Shown piece by piece: positions 39,056 to 50,146 of a stretch of DNA of 55,472 nt. The translations under genes were made by a program, and so were the position numbers. The notes beneath the pieces are model-generated. The model had not been told where the DNA came from, did not search any database, and saw only the letters and a program-made list of their open reading frames with translations. The stretch's first letter is position 1. Each line of letters opens with the position of its first letter. Source of the DNA: an uncultured Ruminococcus sp. (GTDB lineage Bacteria; Bacillota; Clostridia; Oscillospirales; Ruminococcaceae); assembly GCA_964479595.1 (NCBI GenBank), contig CAYZMU010000005.1:5298-60769 (forward strand), given 5' to 3'.

Positions 39056-39697
39056 CTAGGGCTGCGCGCTTTCGTCAAAATAATCCTCCAGCGCGTCGCG
39101 GATTTCCTCATAGCCAAAGCCCCGCGCGGCGAGCGAGCGCTTTGCTTTCTCAACGGCGGCTCTGTCTCCCGGGTCCTTTAAGAGCGCGCTGTATTTGCCG
39201 CGCAGCAGCGCGTCCAAAGACTGCCGTATGACGCCGTTTTCCTCGTAGGGCGCGATGGCGTTGTCGATATCCTCGTCGGAAAGCCCCTTCTGCCGCATCT
39301 CCATTTTCGCGCGCCACGGCCCGAAACGCTTGACTTCCAAGTAGTGCCGCGCGAGTTCCTCCGCGCAGCGTTCATCGTTTACAAGCCCCGCCGCGGTGAG
39401 CCGCTCAAGCGCTCTGAAAACGGCCGCCTCATCCGAATTTTTCGCGTCCAGCAGCTTGTCACAGAGTTCCTTATAGGAATACATCCGCCTGTCGAGCAGA
39501 TAGAGCGCGTATTCGTAGGCGCGGTGTTCCGCCGCGAGGGACCGCAGCCGCGCGATATCGCTCCCGGCAAGCTCCGTGCCCTTTCGCAGCCCCTGAGAAT
39601 GGACGATATCCTCGTGCAGATAGATTTTGCGGTCGTCGTTCTCGAAAGAAATCTCGAGCACCTTGCCCTTGTACGGGGCAATTCCGGCAATCTTCAC
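39056..39697 (-). CDS. recX: recombination regulator RecX
   Basis: 213 aa, directly downstream of recA. Three-repeat helical pattern (YALYLLDRRMYSYKEL, FRALERLTAAGLVNDERCAEELAR). The family call is partly contextual. Confidence 0.7.
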   Translation of the reverse strand: MKIAGIAPYKGKVLEISFENDDRKIYLHEDIVHSQGLRKGTELAGSDIARLRSLAAEHRAYEYALYLLDRRMYSYKELCDKLLDAKNSDEAAVFRALERLTAAGLVNDERCAEELARHYLEVKRFGPWRAKMEMRQKGLSDEDIDNAIAPYEENGVIRQSLDALLRGKYSALLKDPGDRAAVEKAKRSLAARGFGYEEIRDALEDYFDESAQP

Positions 39698-39703
39698 GCC
39701 CGC

Positions 39704-40891
39704 TCAGAATTCGTCCGGCGAAAATTCGTCAAAATTTTCTTCTTCCGGCGGCACATTCTCAAATTCCGACACGACCTTGATGTCCTGCGCCGCGCTTTCG
39801 GCGGATTCCTTCGCCTGCGCGACCGCCGCGTCACGCTTGCTCTTCTTCGAGACCATCTGAATCTCCGACTTGCGTTCGATAATCTGCCGCTCAATCTCGC
39901 TCGCCAATTCCGGTTCGCGCTCCAAAAGCGTCTTGACCGCCTCTCTGCCCTGACCGAGTTTTCGCTCCCCGTAGCTGAACCACGAGCCGCTCTTGTGGAT
40001 AATGTCGAGCTCCGTGCCCAGGTCGAGGATCTCCCCGATTCTGGAGATGCCGCTGCCGTAGATCATGTCAAACTCGCACTCGCGGAACGGCGGCGCGACT
40101 TTGTTCTTGACCACTTTCACCTTGGTGCGGTTGCCGATAATCTCCGCGCCGCTCTTGATGGATTCCGCTCTGCGGACCTCAAGGCGGATGGTGGAATAGA
40201 ACTTGAGCGCTCTGCCGCCTGTGGTGACTTCCGGGTTGCCGTAGGAGATGCCGATTTTTTCGCGGACTTGGTTAATGAAAATAGCGATACAGTTGGATTT
40301 GGAGATGGTCGAGGTGAGCTTGCGCATGGCCTGAGACATCAGCCGCGCGAGCTGTCCCACGTGCGAATCGCCCATCTCGCCCTCGATTTCCGCCTTCGTC
40401 GTCATCGCCGCGACGGAATCGATGACCACCACGTCAATCGCGCCCGAGCGCACGAGCGCCTCGGTGATTTCCAGCGCCTGTTCGCCGCTGTCAGGCTGAG
40501 AAACCAGCAGTTCGTTGATATCCACGCCCAGCTGCGACGCGTAAACGGGGTCCAGCGCGTGCTCCACGTCGATAAACGCCGCCTCGCCGCCGTTTTTCTG
40601 CGCCTCCGCGATCACGTGCAGCGCCACGGTGGTTTTCCCCGAACTTTCCGGCCCGTAAATCTCAATGATTCTCCCTCTGGGCAGGCCGCCCACCCCGAGC
40701 GCCAGATCCAGCGAGAGCGAGCCCGTGGAGATGGTCTCGATATTCATGGAGGGGTTCTCCCCCAGACGCATGACCGCGCCCTCGCCGTAGAGTTTCTCAA
40801 TCTGCGCCATCGCGTTGGCGAGCGCTTTCTGACGCTCCTCGTCTGTCGTCGGCGCTACGAACGCGTTGGATTTCTTATCCTGCTTTGCCAC
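39704..40891 (-). CDS. recA: recombinase RecA
   Basis: Walker [10 protein letters not shown], then [27 protein letters not shown] 40891 is chosen because the ORF-track start 40972 would overlap ridA. Confidence 0.95.
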   Translation of the reverse strand: MAKQDKKSNAFVAPTTDEERQKALANAMAQIEKLYGEGAVMRLGENPSMNIETISTGSLSLDLALGVGGLPRGRIIEIYGPESSGKTTVALHVIAEAQKNGGEAAFIDVEHALDPVYASQLGVDINELLVSQPDSGEQALEITEALVRSGAIDVVVIDSVAAMTTKAEIEGEMGDSHVGQLARLMSQAMRKLTSTISKSNCIAIFINQVREKIGISYGNPEVTTGGRALKFYSTIRLEVRRAESIKSGAEIIGNRTKVKVVKNKVAPPFRECEFDMIYGSGISRIGEILDLGTELDIIHKSGSWFSYGERKLGQGREAVKTLLEREPELASEIERQIIERKSEIQMVSKKSKRDAAVAQAKESAESAAQDIKVVSEFENVPPEEENFDEFSPDEF

Positions 40892-40904
40892 TTTCGAACC
40901 CCTT

Positions 40905-41279
40905 TCAGCCGGCCTGCGCGATGACTTCCACTTCCACGAGCGCGCCCTTGGGCAGGGCTTTGACCGCCACACAGCTGCGCGCGGGAAGATTGGTGAAATA
41001 TTTCCCGTAAATCTCGTTAAATGCCGCGAAATCGTTCATATCCGCAAGATAGCAGGTCGTTTTCACGGCGCGTTCCGCGGAACTGCCCGCGGCTTCCAGC
41101 ACGGCACAGAGATTTTTCATGACCTGCAGCGTCTGCCCCTCGATATCGTCAGCCGCTAAAACCCCCGTTTCGGGGTCCAGCGCGATTTGTCCGGAAGTGT
41201 AGACCAGCCCCCCGCAGACCACCGCCTGCGAATACGGCCCGACGGCCGCGGGCGCTTTGTCGGTGTGAATCGTTTGCAT
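40905..41279 (-). CDS. ridA: RidA family reactive enamine/imine deaminase
   Basis: 124 aa. [20 protein letters not shown] and [19 protein letters not shown]. Confidence 0.9.
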   Translation of the reverse strand: MQTIHTDKAPAAVGPYSQAVVCGGLVYTSGQIALDPETGVLAADDIEGQTLQVMKNLCAVLEAAGSSAERAVKTTCYLADMNDFAAFNEIYGKYFTNLPARSCVAVKALPKGALVEVEVIAQAG

Positions 41280-41291
41280 CAGTTTTCCTCC

Positions 41292-42491
41292 TCATTCGTT
41301 GACCAGCCGGAAGCCGTTTTCCTTGAGGGCGTTCCGGATTTGCTCGATATGTTCGTAATTGCGTGTTTCCAGCACCAGCCGCAGATAGCAGCCGTTGACC
41401 GCGGAGCCCTCGTTCGCGCGCTCGTGGTGAATGGAGATGACGTTTCCGCCGAGTTCCGCGATAATCCTTGAGACATCCATCAGCTGCCCGGGCTTGTCAA
41501 TCAGCTCGATATTCGTGGAGAAAGTCCGCCCCGTCATGAGCAGCCCGCGCTTGATGACCCGTGAGAGAATCGTCACGTCAATGTTCCCGCCCGAGAGCAG
41601 ACAGACCGTTTTCCTGCCCTTGATGGGCACTTTATTGAACATCGCGGCCGCCACAGACACCGCGCCCGCGCCCTCCGTGACGAGTTTCTGATGCTCCATG
41701 AGCGCCAGAATCGCGGCGGAAATCTCGTCGTCCGTCACGGTCACAATGTCGTCCACGTAGTCCGAAACCAGCGCGAAGGTGTTTTCCCCGGGCTCCTTGA
41801 CGGCGATGCCGTCCGCGATGGTGGAAACGCCCTCGAGCGTCTCAATATGTCCGTCGTGCACGGAATTGAACATACTCGGCGCGCCCGCCGCCTGCACCCC
41901 GTAGACTTTCACCTCGGGCTTGAGCGTCTTGATGGCGTACGCCACGCCCGAAATCAGCCCGCCCCCGCCGATGGGGACAATGACCGCCTCCATCTGGGGG
42001 AGCTGTTCGAGCAGTTCCAGCCCGATGGTGCCCTGTCCCGCGATGACGTCCTCGTCGTCAAACGGGTGAATGAAGGTGAGCCCCTGTTCGTCGCGCAGCC
42101 GCAGCGCCTCCGCGTACGCGTCGTCGTAGACGCCCTTCACCAGCCGCACCTGCGCGCCGTAGTGCTTGGTCGATTCCACCTTCGAAATCGGCGCGGAATC
42201 CGGCAGGCAGATGATGGACGGAATGCCGTTTCGCGCCGCCGCGAGCGCGACGCCCTGCGCGTGGTTTCCCGCGGAACAGGCAATCACCCCGCGCGCTTTC
42301 TCCTCGTCGGAAAGCTGCGACATTTTATAATACGCCCCGCGCACCTTGAACGAGCCCGTAATCTGCAGATTCTCCGTTTTCAGGTAGATTTCGGATTCGG
42401 GGTTGATGTTCGGCGCGTGAATGATACCCGTTTCCCGGATGACCTGCTTGAGGATGAATTTCGCGTGATAGATTTTATCCAGCGTCAGCAT
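41292..42491 (-). CDS. ilvA: threonine ammonia-lyase (short form with one C-terminal ACT-like domain)
   Basis: 399 aa. PLP-lysine motif GSFKVRGA, then GNHAQGVA and GGGGLISG. GAAGGAG RBS. Confidence 0.9.
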   Translation of the reverse strand: MLTLDKIYHAKFILKQVIRETGIIHAPNINPESEIYLKTENLQITGSFKVRGAYYKMSQLSDEEKARGVIACSAGNHAQGVALAAARNGIPSIICLPDSAPISKVESTKHYGAQVRLVKGVYDDAYAEALRLRDEQGLTFIHPFDDEDVIAGQGTIGLELLEQLPQMEAVIVPIGGGGLISGVAYAIKTLKPEVKVYGVQAAGAPSMFNSVHDGHIETLEGVSTIADGIAVKEPGENTFALVSDYVDDIVTVTDDEISAAILALMEHQKLVTEGAGAVSVAAAMFNKVPIKGRKTVCLLSGGNIDVTILSRVIKRGLLMTGRTFSTNIELIDKPGQLMDVSRIIAELGGNVISIHHERANEGSAVNGCYLRLVLETRNYEHIEQIRNALKENGFRLVNE

Positions 42492-43779
42492 GCTTGAGCG
42501 CTCCTTCGTCTTTGCGGTTTTGGGATTCGATGGGGTAGGCCTTCCCCTCGGGGTCTTTGTGCTCGTGCGAATAGTTCTGTTCCGGGTCGCGCACGTTCGC
42601 GCGCAGCGTGTCGATAAACTGCCGTGCCGCGCGCGGGGAGCGTCCTCCGCACTGCAGCGCGAAAGCCTCCGCGTCCTCCGAAAGGGTGGGGGAGTCTATC
42701 GCGTACTGCTCCGCGAGCGAGCTTACAATCCGCAGATACTCGTCCTTCGTGGGGCGCTGGAAGTTGACCCTCAGCCCGAAACGCGCGGAGAGCGAGAGCT
42801 GCTCCTGCATGGTGTCGCCGCGGTGAATGTCGTCCCCGTCGCGGTCGGAAAACTGCTCGCGCAGCAGATGGCGGCGGTTGCTCGTCGCGTAGATTACGAG
42901 GTTCTGCGGACGTGCCGCGACCGAGCCCTCCAGTGTCGCCTTGAGGCGGTTGAACACATCGTCCCCCGCGCTGAAGGACAGGTCGTCTATAAACAGAATG
43001 AACTTGAGCGGGTTGTCCATCACGCGGTCAATTACGCGCGGAATCTCCGAAATCTGGTCCTTTCCGACCTGAATGAGCCGCAGCCCGTCCATCGAAAATT
43101 CGTTGACAATCGCCTTGACCGATGAGGATTTGCCCGTGCCCGCGTCGCCGTAGAGCAGCGCGTTCTGCGCGGGTCTGCCCTCCAAAAGCGCGCGGGTGTT
43201 CGCGATAAGCTCCTCGCGCTGCGCCTCGTAGCCGAAAAGCTCGTTGAGCGCGATGGGGTCGGGGTGGCGCACAAGCTCCAGCCGCCCGCCGTTTAAGGTG
43301 AACATCGGTCCGCGCGAGAAGAGCCCGTAGCCGTACTTTCGGATATTCGCAAGCCGCCGCGTATAGATCTCCGTAAAATCGATATTCTCCGTCTCCCATT
43401 CCGGCAGAATCCCGTAATAGGACACTTCCTTCTGCATTTCCCTCGGTGTAATCCCGCCCAGACGCTCTAAAATCTTCAGCTCGTTTACCAGACAGGCGTC
43501 GAGCATCTCATTGGAGGGTTCGCCTTTCGCCGCCCGGATGACGTAGAAGTTCTCGTCCTCCAGCACAAGGTTTAAAATGTACCGGGTGAGGTTCGGGTTC
43601 TTCGAAAAGAGCCGCGACACAAACTCCGCGTACTGCTGCAGCTGCACCAGCGGGTCCATGACCTCGGTGTCGAGCATCTGCCGCAGCGGGACGATGACCT
43701 CGTTGGAGAGCAGCTTGCGGAAAATGACCAGAGAATTGAGCGCCAGCTCGATTTCCTGAAGTTTCTTGTTCTTGACCAT
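42475..43779 (-). CDS. DUF815-type AAA ATPase, unknown function
   Basis: 434 aa. Walker A GDAGTGKSS, Walker B ILFIDDLSF, then LEGSVAARPQNLVIYATSNRRHL, typical of the DUF815 family. Confidence 0.7.
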   Translation of the reverse strand: MVKNKKLQEIELALNSLVIFRKLLSNEVIVPLRQMLDTEVMDPLVQLQQYAEFVSRLFSKNPNLTRYILNLVLEDENFYVIRAAKGEPSNEMLDACLVNELKILERLGGITPREMQKEVSYYGILPEWETENIDFTEIYTRRLANIRKYGYGLFSRGPMFTLNGGRLELVRHPDPIALNELFGYEAQREELIANTRALLEGRPAQNALLYGDAGTGKSSSVKAIVNEFSMDGLRLIQVGKDQISEIPRVIDRVMDNPLKFILFIDDLSFSAGDDVFNRLKATLEGSVAARPQNLVIYATSNRRHLLREQFSDRDGDDIHRGDTMQEQLSLSARFGLRVNFQRPTKDEYLRIVSSLAEQYAIDSPTLSEDAEAFALQCGGRSPRAARQFIDTLRANVRDPEQNYSHEHKDPEGKAYPIESQNRKDEGALKHADAG

Positions 43780-43782
43780 GGC

Positions 43783-44856
43783 TTACACGCGCTCCAGAAG
43801 CTGCCGCGTCATCTCCGCGCAGCCCACGGGTTTTGTTTGCGCGTCCCCCAGAATATCCGCCGTGCGCCAGCCCGCTTCCAGCAGCTCGTCCACCGCGTGC
43901 TCGATACAGTCCGCCTCCTGTGAAAGCCCGAAGGCGTAGCGCAGCATCATCGCGGCGGAAAGCACGGTAGCGAGCGGGTTTGCCATATCCTTTCCCGCCA
44001 AATCCGGCGCGGAGCCGTGAATCGGCTCGTACATTCCGCGCTTGCTGTCCCCTAGGGAGGCGGAGGCGAGCATCCCGATAGAGCCCGTAATCTGCGACGC
44101 CTCGTCCGACAGAATATCCCCGAACATATTGGAGGTCACAAGGACGTCAAACTGCCTCGGGTTGCGCACCAGCTGCATGGCGGCGTTGTCCACAAAGAGG
44201 TCGTTGTAGGCGACATCGGGGTATTCCTTCGCCAGTCTGTGCATGGTTTCGCGCCACAGCCGCGAGCTCTCCAGCACATTCGCCTTGTCCACGCTCGTGA
44301 GCCGCCCCGAGCGCTTTCTCGCCGCGTCAAACGCCGCGCGCCCGATACGCTCGATTTCCATGACGCTGTAGCGCTCGGTGTCGAACGCCTCCTCGCCGTT
44401 TGCCCCCTGCGCGCGCCCGCGCTCGCCGAAGTAAATGCCTCCCGTGAGCTCGCGCACAATCAGCAGGTCAAAGCCTTCCCCGACAATGTCCTCCCGCAGC
44501 GGAGAGGCGCCGCGCAGCGCGGGATAGAGCTTCGCCGGGCGCAGGTTCGTGTAGAGCCCGAGCGCCGCGCGAATCCCCAGCAGGGCTTTTTCCGGGCGCT
44601 TGTCGCCGGGCAGGTTATCCCATTTCGGCCCCCCGACAGCCCCCAGCAGCACGCTGTCGCTGGCAAGGCAGCCCTCCACCGTTTCTTTGGGCAGCGGCTC
44701 TCCCGTCGCGTCAATCGCGCAGCCGCCGATGAGATAGGGCGTGAAGACGAACTTGTGCCCGAAGCGTTCCCCGACTTTCTCGAGCACGGCACAGGCGCTC
44801 TCCACGATTTCCGGACCTATGCCGTCCCCTTTGAGCAGTGCGATATGATATTCCAT
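43783..44856 (-). CDS. leuB: 3-isopropylmalate dehydrogenase
   Basis: 357 aa. [12 protein letters not shown] signature and GSAPDLAGK. Confidence 0.95.
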   Translation of the reverse strand: MEYHIALLKGDGIGPEIVESACAVLEKVGERFGHKFVFTPYLIGGCAIDATGEPLPKETVEGCLASDSVLLGAVGGPKWDNLPGDKRPEKALLGIRAALGLYTNLRPAKLYPALRGASPLREDIVGEGFDLLIVRELTGGIYFGERGRAQGANGEEAFDTERYSVMEIERIGRAAFDAARKRSGRLTSVDKANVLESSRLWRETMHRLAKEYPDVAYNDLFVDNAAMQLVRNPRQFDVLVTSNMFGDILSDEASQITGSIGMLASASLGDSKRGMYEPIHGSAPDLAGKDMANPLATVLSAAMMLRYAFGLSQEADCIEHAVDELLEAGWRTADILGDAQTKPVGCAEMTRQLLERV

Positions 44857-44872
44857 TTCCTTACCCTCTCTA

Positions 44873-45367
44873 TCACTTTACGCTGCCGTTCTTCACGGAT
44901 TCCACCAGCCCGCCGTTTTCGATAATGGTCTGAACAAAGGGCGGAAACGGCGCGGTTTTCCAGCTCCGCCCCGTGCTCAGGTTCTCAATGACGCCCTCGT
45001 CCAGATTGACCGCCACGGTGTCGCCCTCGCGGATGCCGTCGGCCGCCTCGGGGCATTCCACAATCGCGAGCCCGATGTTGATGGCGTTGCGGTAGAAAAT
45101 CCGCGCGAAGCTCTTCGCGATGATGACGGAAATTCCGCTCTCCTTAATCGCGATGGGCGCGTGCTCGCGCGAGGAGCCGCAGCCGAAATTCTGCCCCGCC
45201 ACAATGATATCCCCGGGCTTTACGCGCGTGACAAAGGTCTTGTCAAGGTCCTCCATGCAGTGCGCCGCCAGTTCCTTGCGGTCGCTCGTGTTGAGGTAGC
45301 GCGCGGGAATGATGACATCGGTGTCGACATTGTCCTGATAGCGGATAACCGTTCCCTGATATTTCAT
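44873..45367 (-). CDS. leuD: 3-isopropylmalate dehydratase small subunit
   Basis: 164 aa. [13 protein letters not shown]. Confidence 0.92.
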   Translation of the reverse strand: MKYQGTVIRYQDNVDTDVIIPARYLNTSDRKELAAHCMEDLDKTFVTRVKPGDIIVAGQNFGCGSSREHAPIAIKESGISVIIAKSFARIFYRNAINIGLAIVECPEAADGIREGDTVAVNLDEGVIENLSTGRSWKTAPFPPFVQTIIENGGLVESVKNGSVK

Positions 45368-45370
45368 GGC

Positions 45371-46633
45371 TCAGCAGACCTCCCACGGACTTGTGATTTT
45401 TCCGGTCAGCGCGCTCGCCGCTGCCACGGCGGGGCTTGCCAGATAGACTTCCGATTTCGGGTGCCCCATTCTCCCGACAAAATTGCGGTTTGTGGTGGCA
45501 ACCGCGCGCTCGCCTTCCGCCAGAATCCCCATATAGCCGCCCAGACACGGCCCGCAGGTCGGTGTGGAGACGACAGCGCCGCTCTCTATGAAGATTTCGA
45601 GCAGCCCCTCGCGCATGGCGTCCAGATAAATCCGCTGGGTCGCGGGAATCACAATCACCCGCACGCCCTTGGCGCATTTTTTGCCCTTGAGAATCCCCGC
45701 CGCAATCCGCAGGTCCTCAAGCCGCCCGTTCGTGCAGGAGCCGATGACGACCTGATCAATCGGGATATCGCCGAACTCCCCGAATGTCTTCGCGTTCTCT
45801 GGCAGATGCGGGAAGGAAACCGTCGGCTCGAGCGCGCTCAGATTAATCTCAATCGTCTCGTCATATGGAGCGTCCGCGTCCGCGCGGTAGACAGCCGCCT
45901 TCTTCGCGCCGTGGGCTTCCAGATAGGCAAGCGTGGCGTCGTCGACCTCAAAAATCCCGTTCTTCGCGCCCGCCTCAATCGCCATGTTCGCGACGCAGAA
46001 TCTGTCCGCCATGGTCAGTGCCGACAGCCCCTCGCCCGTAAACTCCATAGACCGGTAGAGCGCGCCGTCCACGCCGATTTGCCCGATAATGTGCAGAATC
46101 AGGTCCTTCCCGCAGACATATTCGCGGAATTTGCCCTTGAGGACAAAGCGAATCGCCGAGGGAACCTTGAACCACGCCTTGCCGATGGCCATGCCGCACG
46201 CCATATCCGTCGAGCCGACGCCCGTGGAGAACGCCCCGAGCGCGCCATAGGTGCAGGTATGGGAATCCGCGCCGATGACCGCGTCGCCCGCCGTGACGAG
46301 CCCTTTTTCGGGCAGCAGCGCGTGTTCCACGCCCATCTCGCCGACGTCGTAGAAATGCGGGATCCCCTCGCGCGCGCAGAAATCCCTGCAGACCTTGCAC
46401 TGCCCCGCCGCCTTGATGTCCTTGTTCGGGGCAAAGTGGTCCATCACCATGGTGACTTTCTCCCGGTCAAAGACGTCCTTCCTGCCCAGCCGCTCAAACT
46501 CCTCAATCGCGACCGGGGAGGTGATGTCGTTGCCGAGCACGCGGTCCAGATTCGCGAGAATCAGCTCTCCCGCCTTGACCTCCCCCGAATCCGTGTGCGC
46601 CGCGAGAATCTTCTGCGTCATGGTCATTCCCAT
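45371..46633 (-). CDS. leuC: 3-isopropylmalate dehydratase large subunit
   Basis: 420 aa aconitase-family protein. [21 protein letters not shown] and PTCGPCLG cluster ligands. Confidence 0.95.
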   Translation of the reverse strand: MGMTMTQKILAAHTDSGEVKAGELILANLDRVLGNDITSPVAIEEFERLGRKDVFDREKVTMVMDHFAPNKDIKAAGQCKVCRDFCAREGIPHFYDVGEMGVEHALLPEKGLVTAGDAVIGADSHTCTYGALGAFSTGVGSTDMACGMAIGKAWFKVPSAIRFVLKGKFREYVCGKDLILHIIGQIGVDGALYRSMEFTGEGLSALTMADRFCVANMAIEAGAKNGIFEVDDATLAYLEAHGAKKAAVYRADADAPYDETIEINLSALEPTVSFPHLPENAKTFGEFGDIPIDQVVIGSCTNGRLEDLRIAAGILKGKKCAKGVRVIVIPATQRIYLDAMREGLLEIFIESGAVVSTPTCGPCLGGYMGILAEGERAVATTNRNFVGRMGHPKSEVYLASPAVAAASALTGKITSPWEVC

Positions 46634-46646
46634 TTTCTTCTCTCCC

Positions 46647-48311
46647 TTAAACCTGATTGATAATGGCGCCCTTGTCCGCGCTCTGAACCATTGCCGCGTA
46701 GCGCTTCAGATAGCCCGTGATGTTCTCCTTTTTGCGAATCGGCATGCTTTCTTTGCGGCGCTCGATTTCCTCTTCGGGCACTTCCAGCGTGATTTTGTAG
46801 TTCGGAATGTCAATCGAGATGATGTCGCCTTCTTTCACATAAGCGATAAGCCCGCCGCTCGCCGCCTCCGGCGAGATGTGCCCGATGGACGCGCCTCTCG
46901 TGGCGCCGGAGAACCGTCCGTCCGTTATCAGCGCGACTTCCTTGTCCAGCCCCGCGCCCGCGATGGCGGAGGTCGGCGAGAGCATTTCGCGCATGCCCGG
47001 GCCGCCCGCGGGACCTTCATAGCGGATGACAATCACGTCTCCGGGGCGAATCCCGCCGTCGTAAATCACCTTGATGGCGTCTTCCTCGCTGTCAAAGACC
47101 CGCGCGGGACCGCTGTGCTTTAACATTTCCGGCGCGACCGCGCTGCGCTTGACCACACAGCCGTTGGGGCTTAAATTCCCGCGCAGCACCGCGATGCCGC
47201 CTGTTTCGCTGTAGGGGCGGTCAATGGGCCGGATAATCTCCTCGTTTAAGTTTTTGACATTCTGAATGTTCTCCCCGAGCGTTTTGCCCGTGCAGCTGAG
47301 GCAATCGAGGCTGAGAAGATCCTTCTTGGCGAGTTCCGCGAGCACCGCGTAGACGCCGCCCGCCTCGTTGAGGTCCTCCATGTAGGTCGGCCCCGCGGGC
47401 GCCAGGTGGCAGAGATTGGGTGTGCGCGCGCTGATTTCGTTGGCGATGTCAAGGTTTATCCGCACGCCGCACTCATTGGCGATGGCGGGCAGGTGCAGCA
47501 TACTGTTGGTCGAGCAGCCCAGCGCCATATCCGCCGTCAGCGCGTTGTGAAACGCCTTCTCGGTCATGATGTCGCGCGGGCGGATGTTTCTGCGCCAGAG
47601 TTCCATGACCTGCATCCCCGCCTCTTTCGCCAGCCGCAGCCGGTCGGAATACACCGCCGGGATCGTTCCGTTGCCGCGCAGCCCCATGCCCAGCACTTCC
47701 GTCAGGCAGTTCATGGAGTTGGCGGTGTACATTCCCGAACACGACCCGCAGGTCGGGCAGGCGTGGCACTCGTAGTCGAGCAGGTCTTCCTGTGAAATCT
47801 TCCCCGCGCTGTAGGAGCCGACCGCCTCAAACATGCTCGAGAGACTGGTTTTGTGCCCCTTGACGTGCCCCGCGAGCATCGGCCCGCCGCTTACGAAAAT
47901 CGTCGGCACATTGACCCGCGCCGCCGCCATGAGAAGCCCCGGCACGTTCTTGTCGCAGTTGGGAATCATCACCAGCGCGTCAAAATGATGCGCCAGCGCC
48001 ATGCACTCGGTCGAGTCCGCGATGAGATCCCTTGTGACGAGCGAATATTTCATGCCCTCGTGTCCCATCGCGATGCCGTCGCAGACCGCGATGGCGGGGA
48101 AAACCACCGGCGTGCCGCCGCCCATTGCCACACCGAGTTTGACCGCCTCGGTGATCTTGTCGATGTTCATGTGCCCCGGGACAATCTCGTTAAACGAGGA
48201 AACAATCCCGACCAGCGGGCGCTTCATGTCCTCACTCGTGAACCCTAAGGCATTGAAAAGCGAGCGCTGGGACGCCTTTTCCATACCCTCGCTAAAATAA
48301 TTTCCGCTCAT
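46647..48311 (-). CDS. ilvD: dihydroxy-acid dehydratase
   Basis: 554 aa. [22 protein letters not shown] and TDGRFSG. Confidence 0.95.
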   Translation of the reverse strand: MSGNYFSEGMEKASQRSLFNALGFTSEDMKRPLVGIVSSFNEIVPGHMNIDKITEAVKLGVAMGGGTPVVFPAIAVCDGIAMGHEGMKYSLVTRDLIADSTECMALAHHFDALVMIPNCDKNVPGLLMAAARVNVPTIFVSGGPMLAGHVKGHKTSLSSMFEAVGSYSAGKISQEDLLDYECHACPTCGSCSGMYTANSMNCLTEVLGMGLRGNGTIPAVYSDRLRLAKEAGMQVMELWRRNIRPRDIMTEKAFHNALTADMALGCSTNSMLHLPAIANECGVRINLDIANEISARTPNLCHLAPAGPTYMEDLNEAGGVYAVLAELAKKDLLSLDCLSCTGKTLGENIQNVKNLNEEIIRPIDRPYSETGGIAVLRGNLSPNGCVVKRSAVAPEMLKHSGPARVFDSEEDAIKVIYDGGIRPGDVIVIRYEGPAGGPGMREMLSPTSAIAGAGLDKEVALITDGRFSGATRGASIGHISPEAASGGLIAYVKEGDIISIDIPNYKITLEVPEEEIERRKESMPIRKKENITGYLKRYAAMVQSADKGAIINQV

Positions 48312-48454
48312 GACAAAGTCCTCTTTAGTTTTTTATGATTTCCGCAAGACCGTTTCGGACGCTTATCCGCCGTCATCTGCCCGGTAAAATTCCGCCGCCT
48401 CGCCGCGAAATCCCGCTTCGGTCGGATTCCGGCAGGGGCTGTCTCTTTCGCCTT

Positions 48455-48491
48455 GTAAAACGCCCGCGCCGCGCACAAGGCAGCGCGGGCC
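48455..48491 (-). terminator. strong GC hairpin + U4 just after ilvC (attenuator or partial terminator candidate)
   Basis: Minus-strand RNA GCCCGCGCUGC-CUUGUGC-GCGGCGCGGGC (about 11 bp including one G-U pair), followed by GUUUUAC. Confidence 0.4.
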
Positions 48492-48508
48492 GTGAAATTC
48501 CGCCGCGC

Positions 48509-49558
<1,050 letters not shown>

Positions 49559-49621
49559 CTAAAGTAAATATTGTGCGATACGCCTTTTCAGGGAAGGCGT
49601 CCGTTGCGAAAGTTTTGCCCC

Positions 49622-50134
49622 TCAGAGCGAGGCGGGGGAAGTCTTGAGGCAGTTTTCGCCGCGCTCAATCGCGACAATCCCCGTGCGGCACATCTCCAGA
49701 ATCCCGTATTCGCGCATCAGCCCGATGAACGCGTCGAGTTTCGCGGATTCCCCGGTCAGTTCGCAAATCAGCGCGGTAGGGGAGTAGTCCACGATTTTGG
49801 AGCGGAAGATTTCCACCGCCGCCATGATGTCCTGCCGCGTCTGCGCCGTGTTGCGCACTTTCAGCAGCAGCAGTTCCCTTGTGACCGTCACGGAGCGGTC
49901 GAGCACCTCGACCTCGCGCACGTCGTAGAGTTTTTCAAGCTGCCGCACGATTCTGCGCTTGATGTCCTCGTCGCCGTGAAAGGTGATGGTAATGCGCGAA
50001 ACGCCGCTCTCCTCGGTCTCCCCGACCGTGAGACTGTCGATATTGAAGCCCCTTCTGGTAAACATTCCCGAAACCCGCGAAAGCACCCCCGCGATGTTCG
50101 AGACCAGCACTCCGATTACATATTGATTCTCCAT
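49622..50134 (-). CDS. ilvN: acetolactate synthase small (regulatory) subunit
   Basis: 170 aa. ACT domain VLVSNIAGVLSRVSGMFTRRGFNIDSLTVG. Confidence 0.92.
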   Translation of the reverse strand: MENQYVIGVLVSNIAGVLSRVSGMFTRRGFNIDSLTVGETEESGVSRITITFHGDEDIKRRIVRQLEKLYDVREVEVLDRSVTVTRELLLLKVRNTAQTRQDIMAAVEIFRSKIVDYSPTALICELTGESAKLDAFIGLMREYGILEMCRTGIVAIERGENCLKTSPASL

Positions 50135-50146
50135 CTTCAGCAGCCC

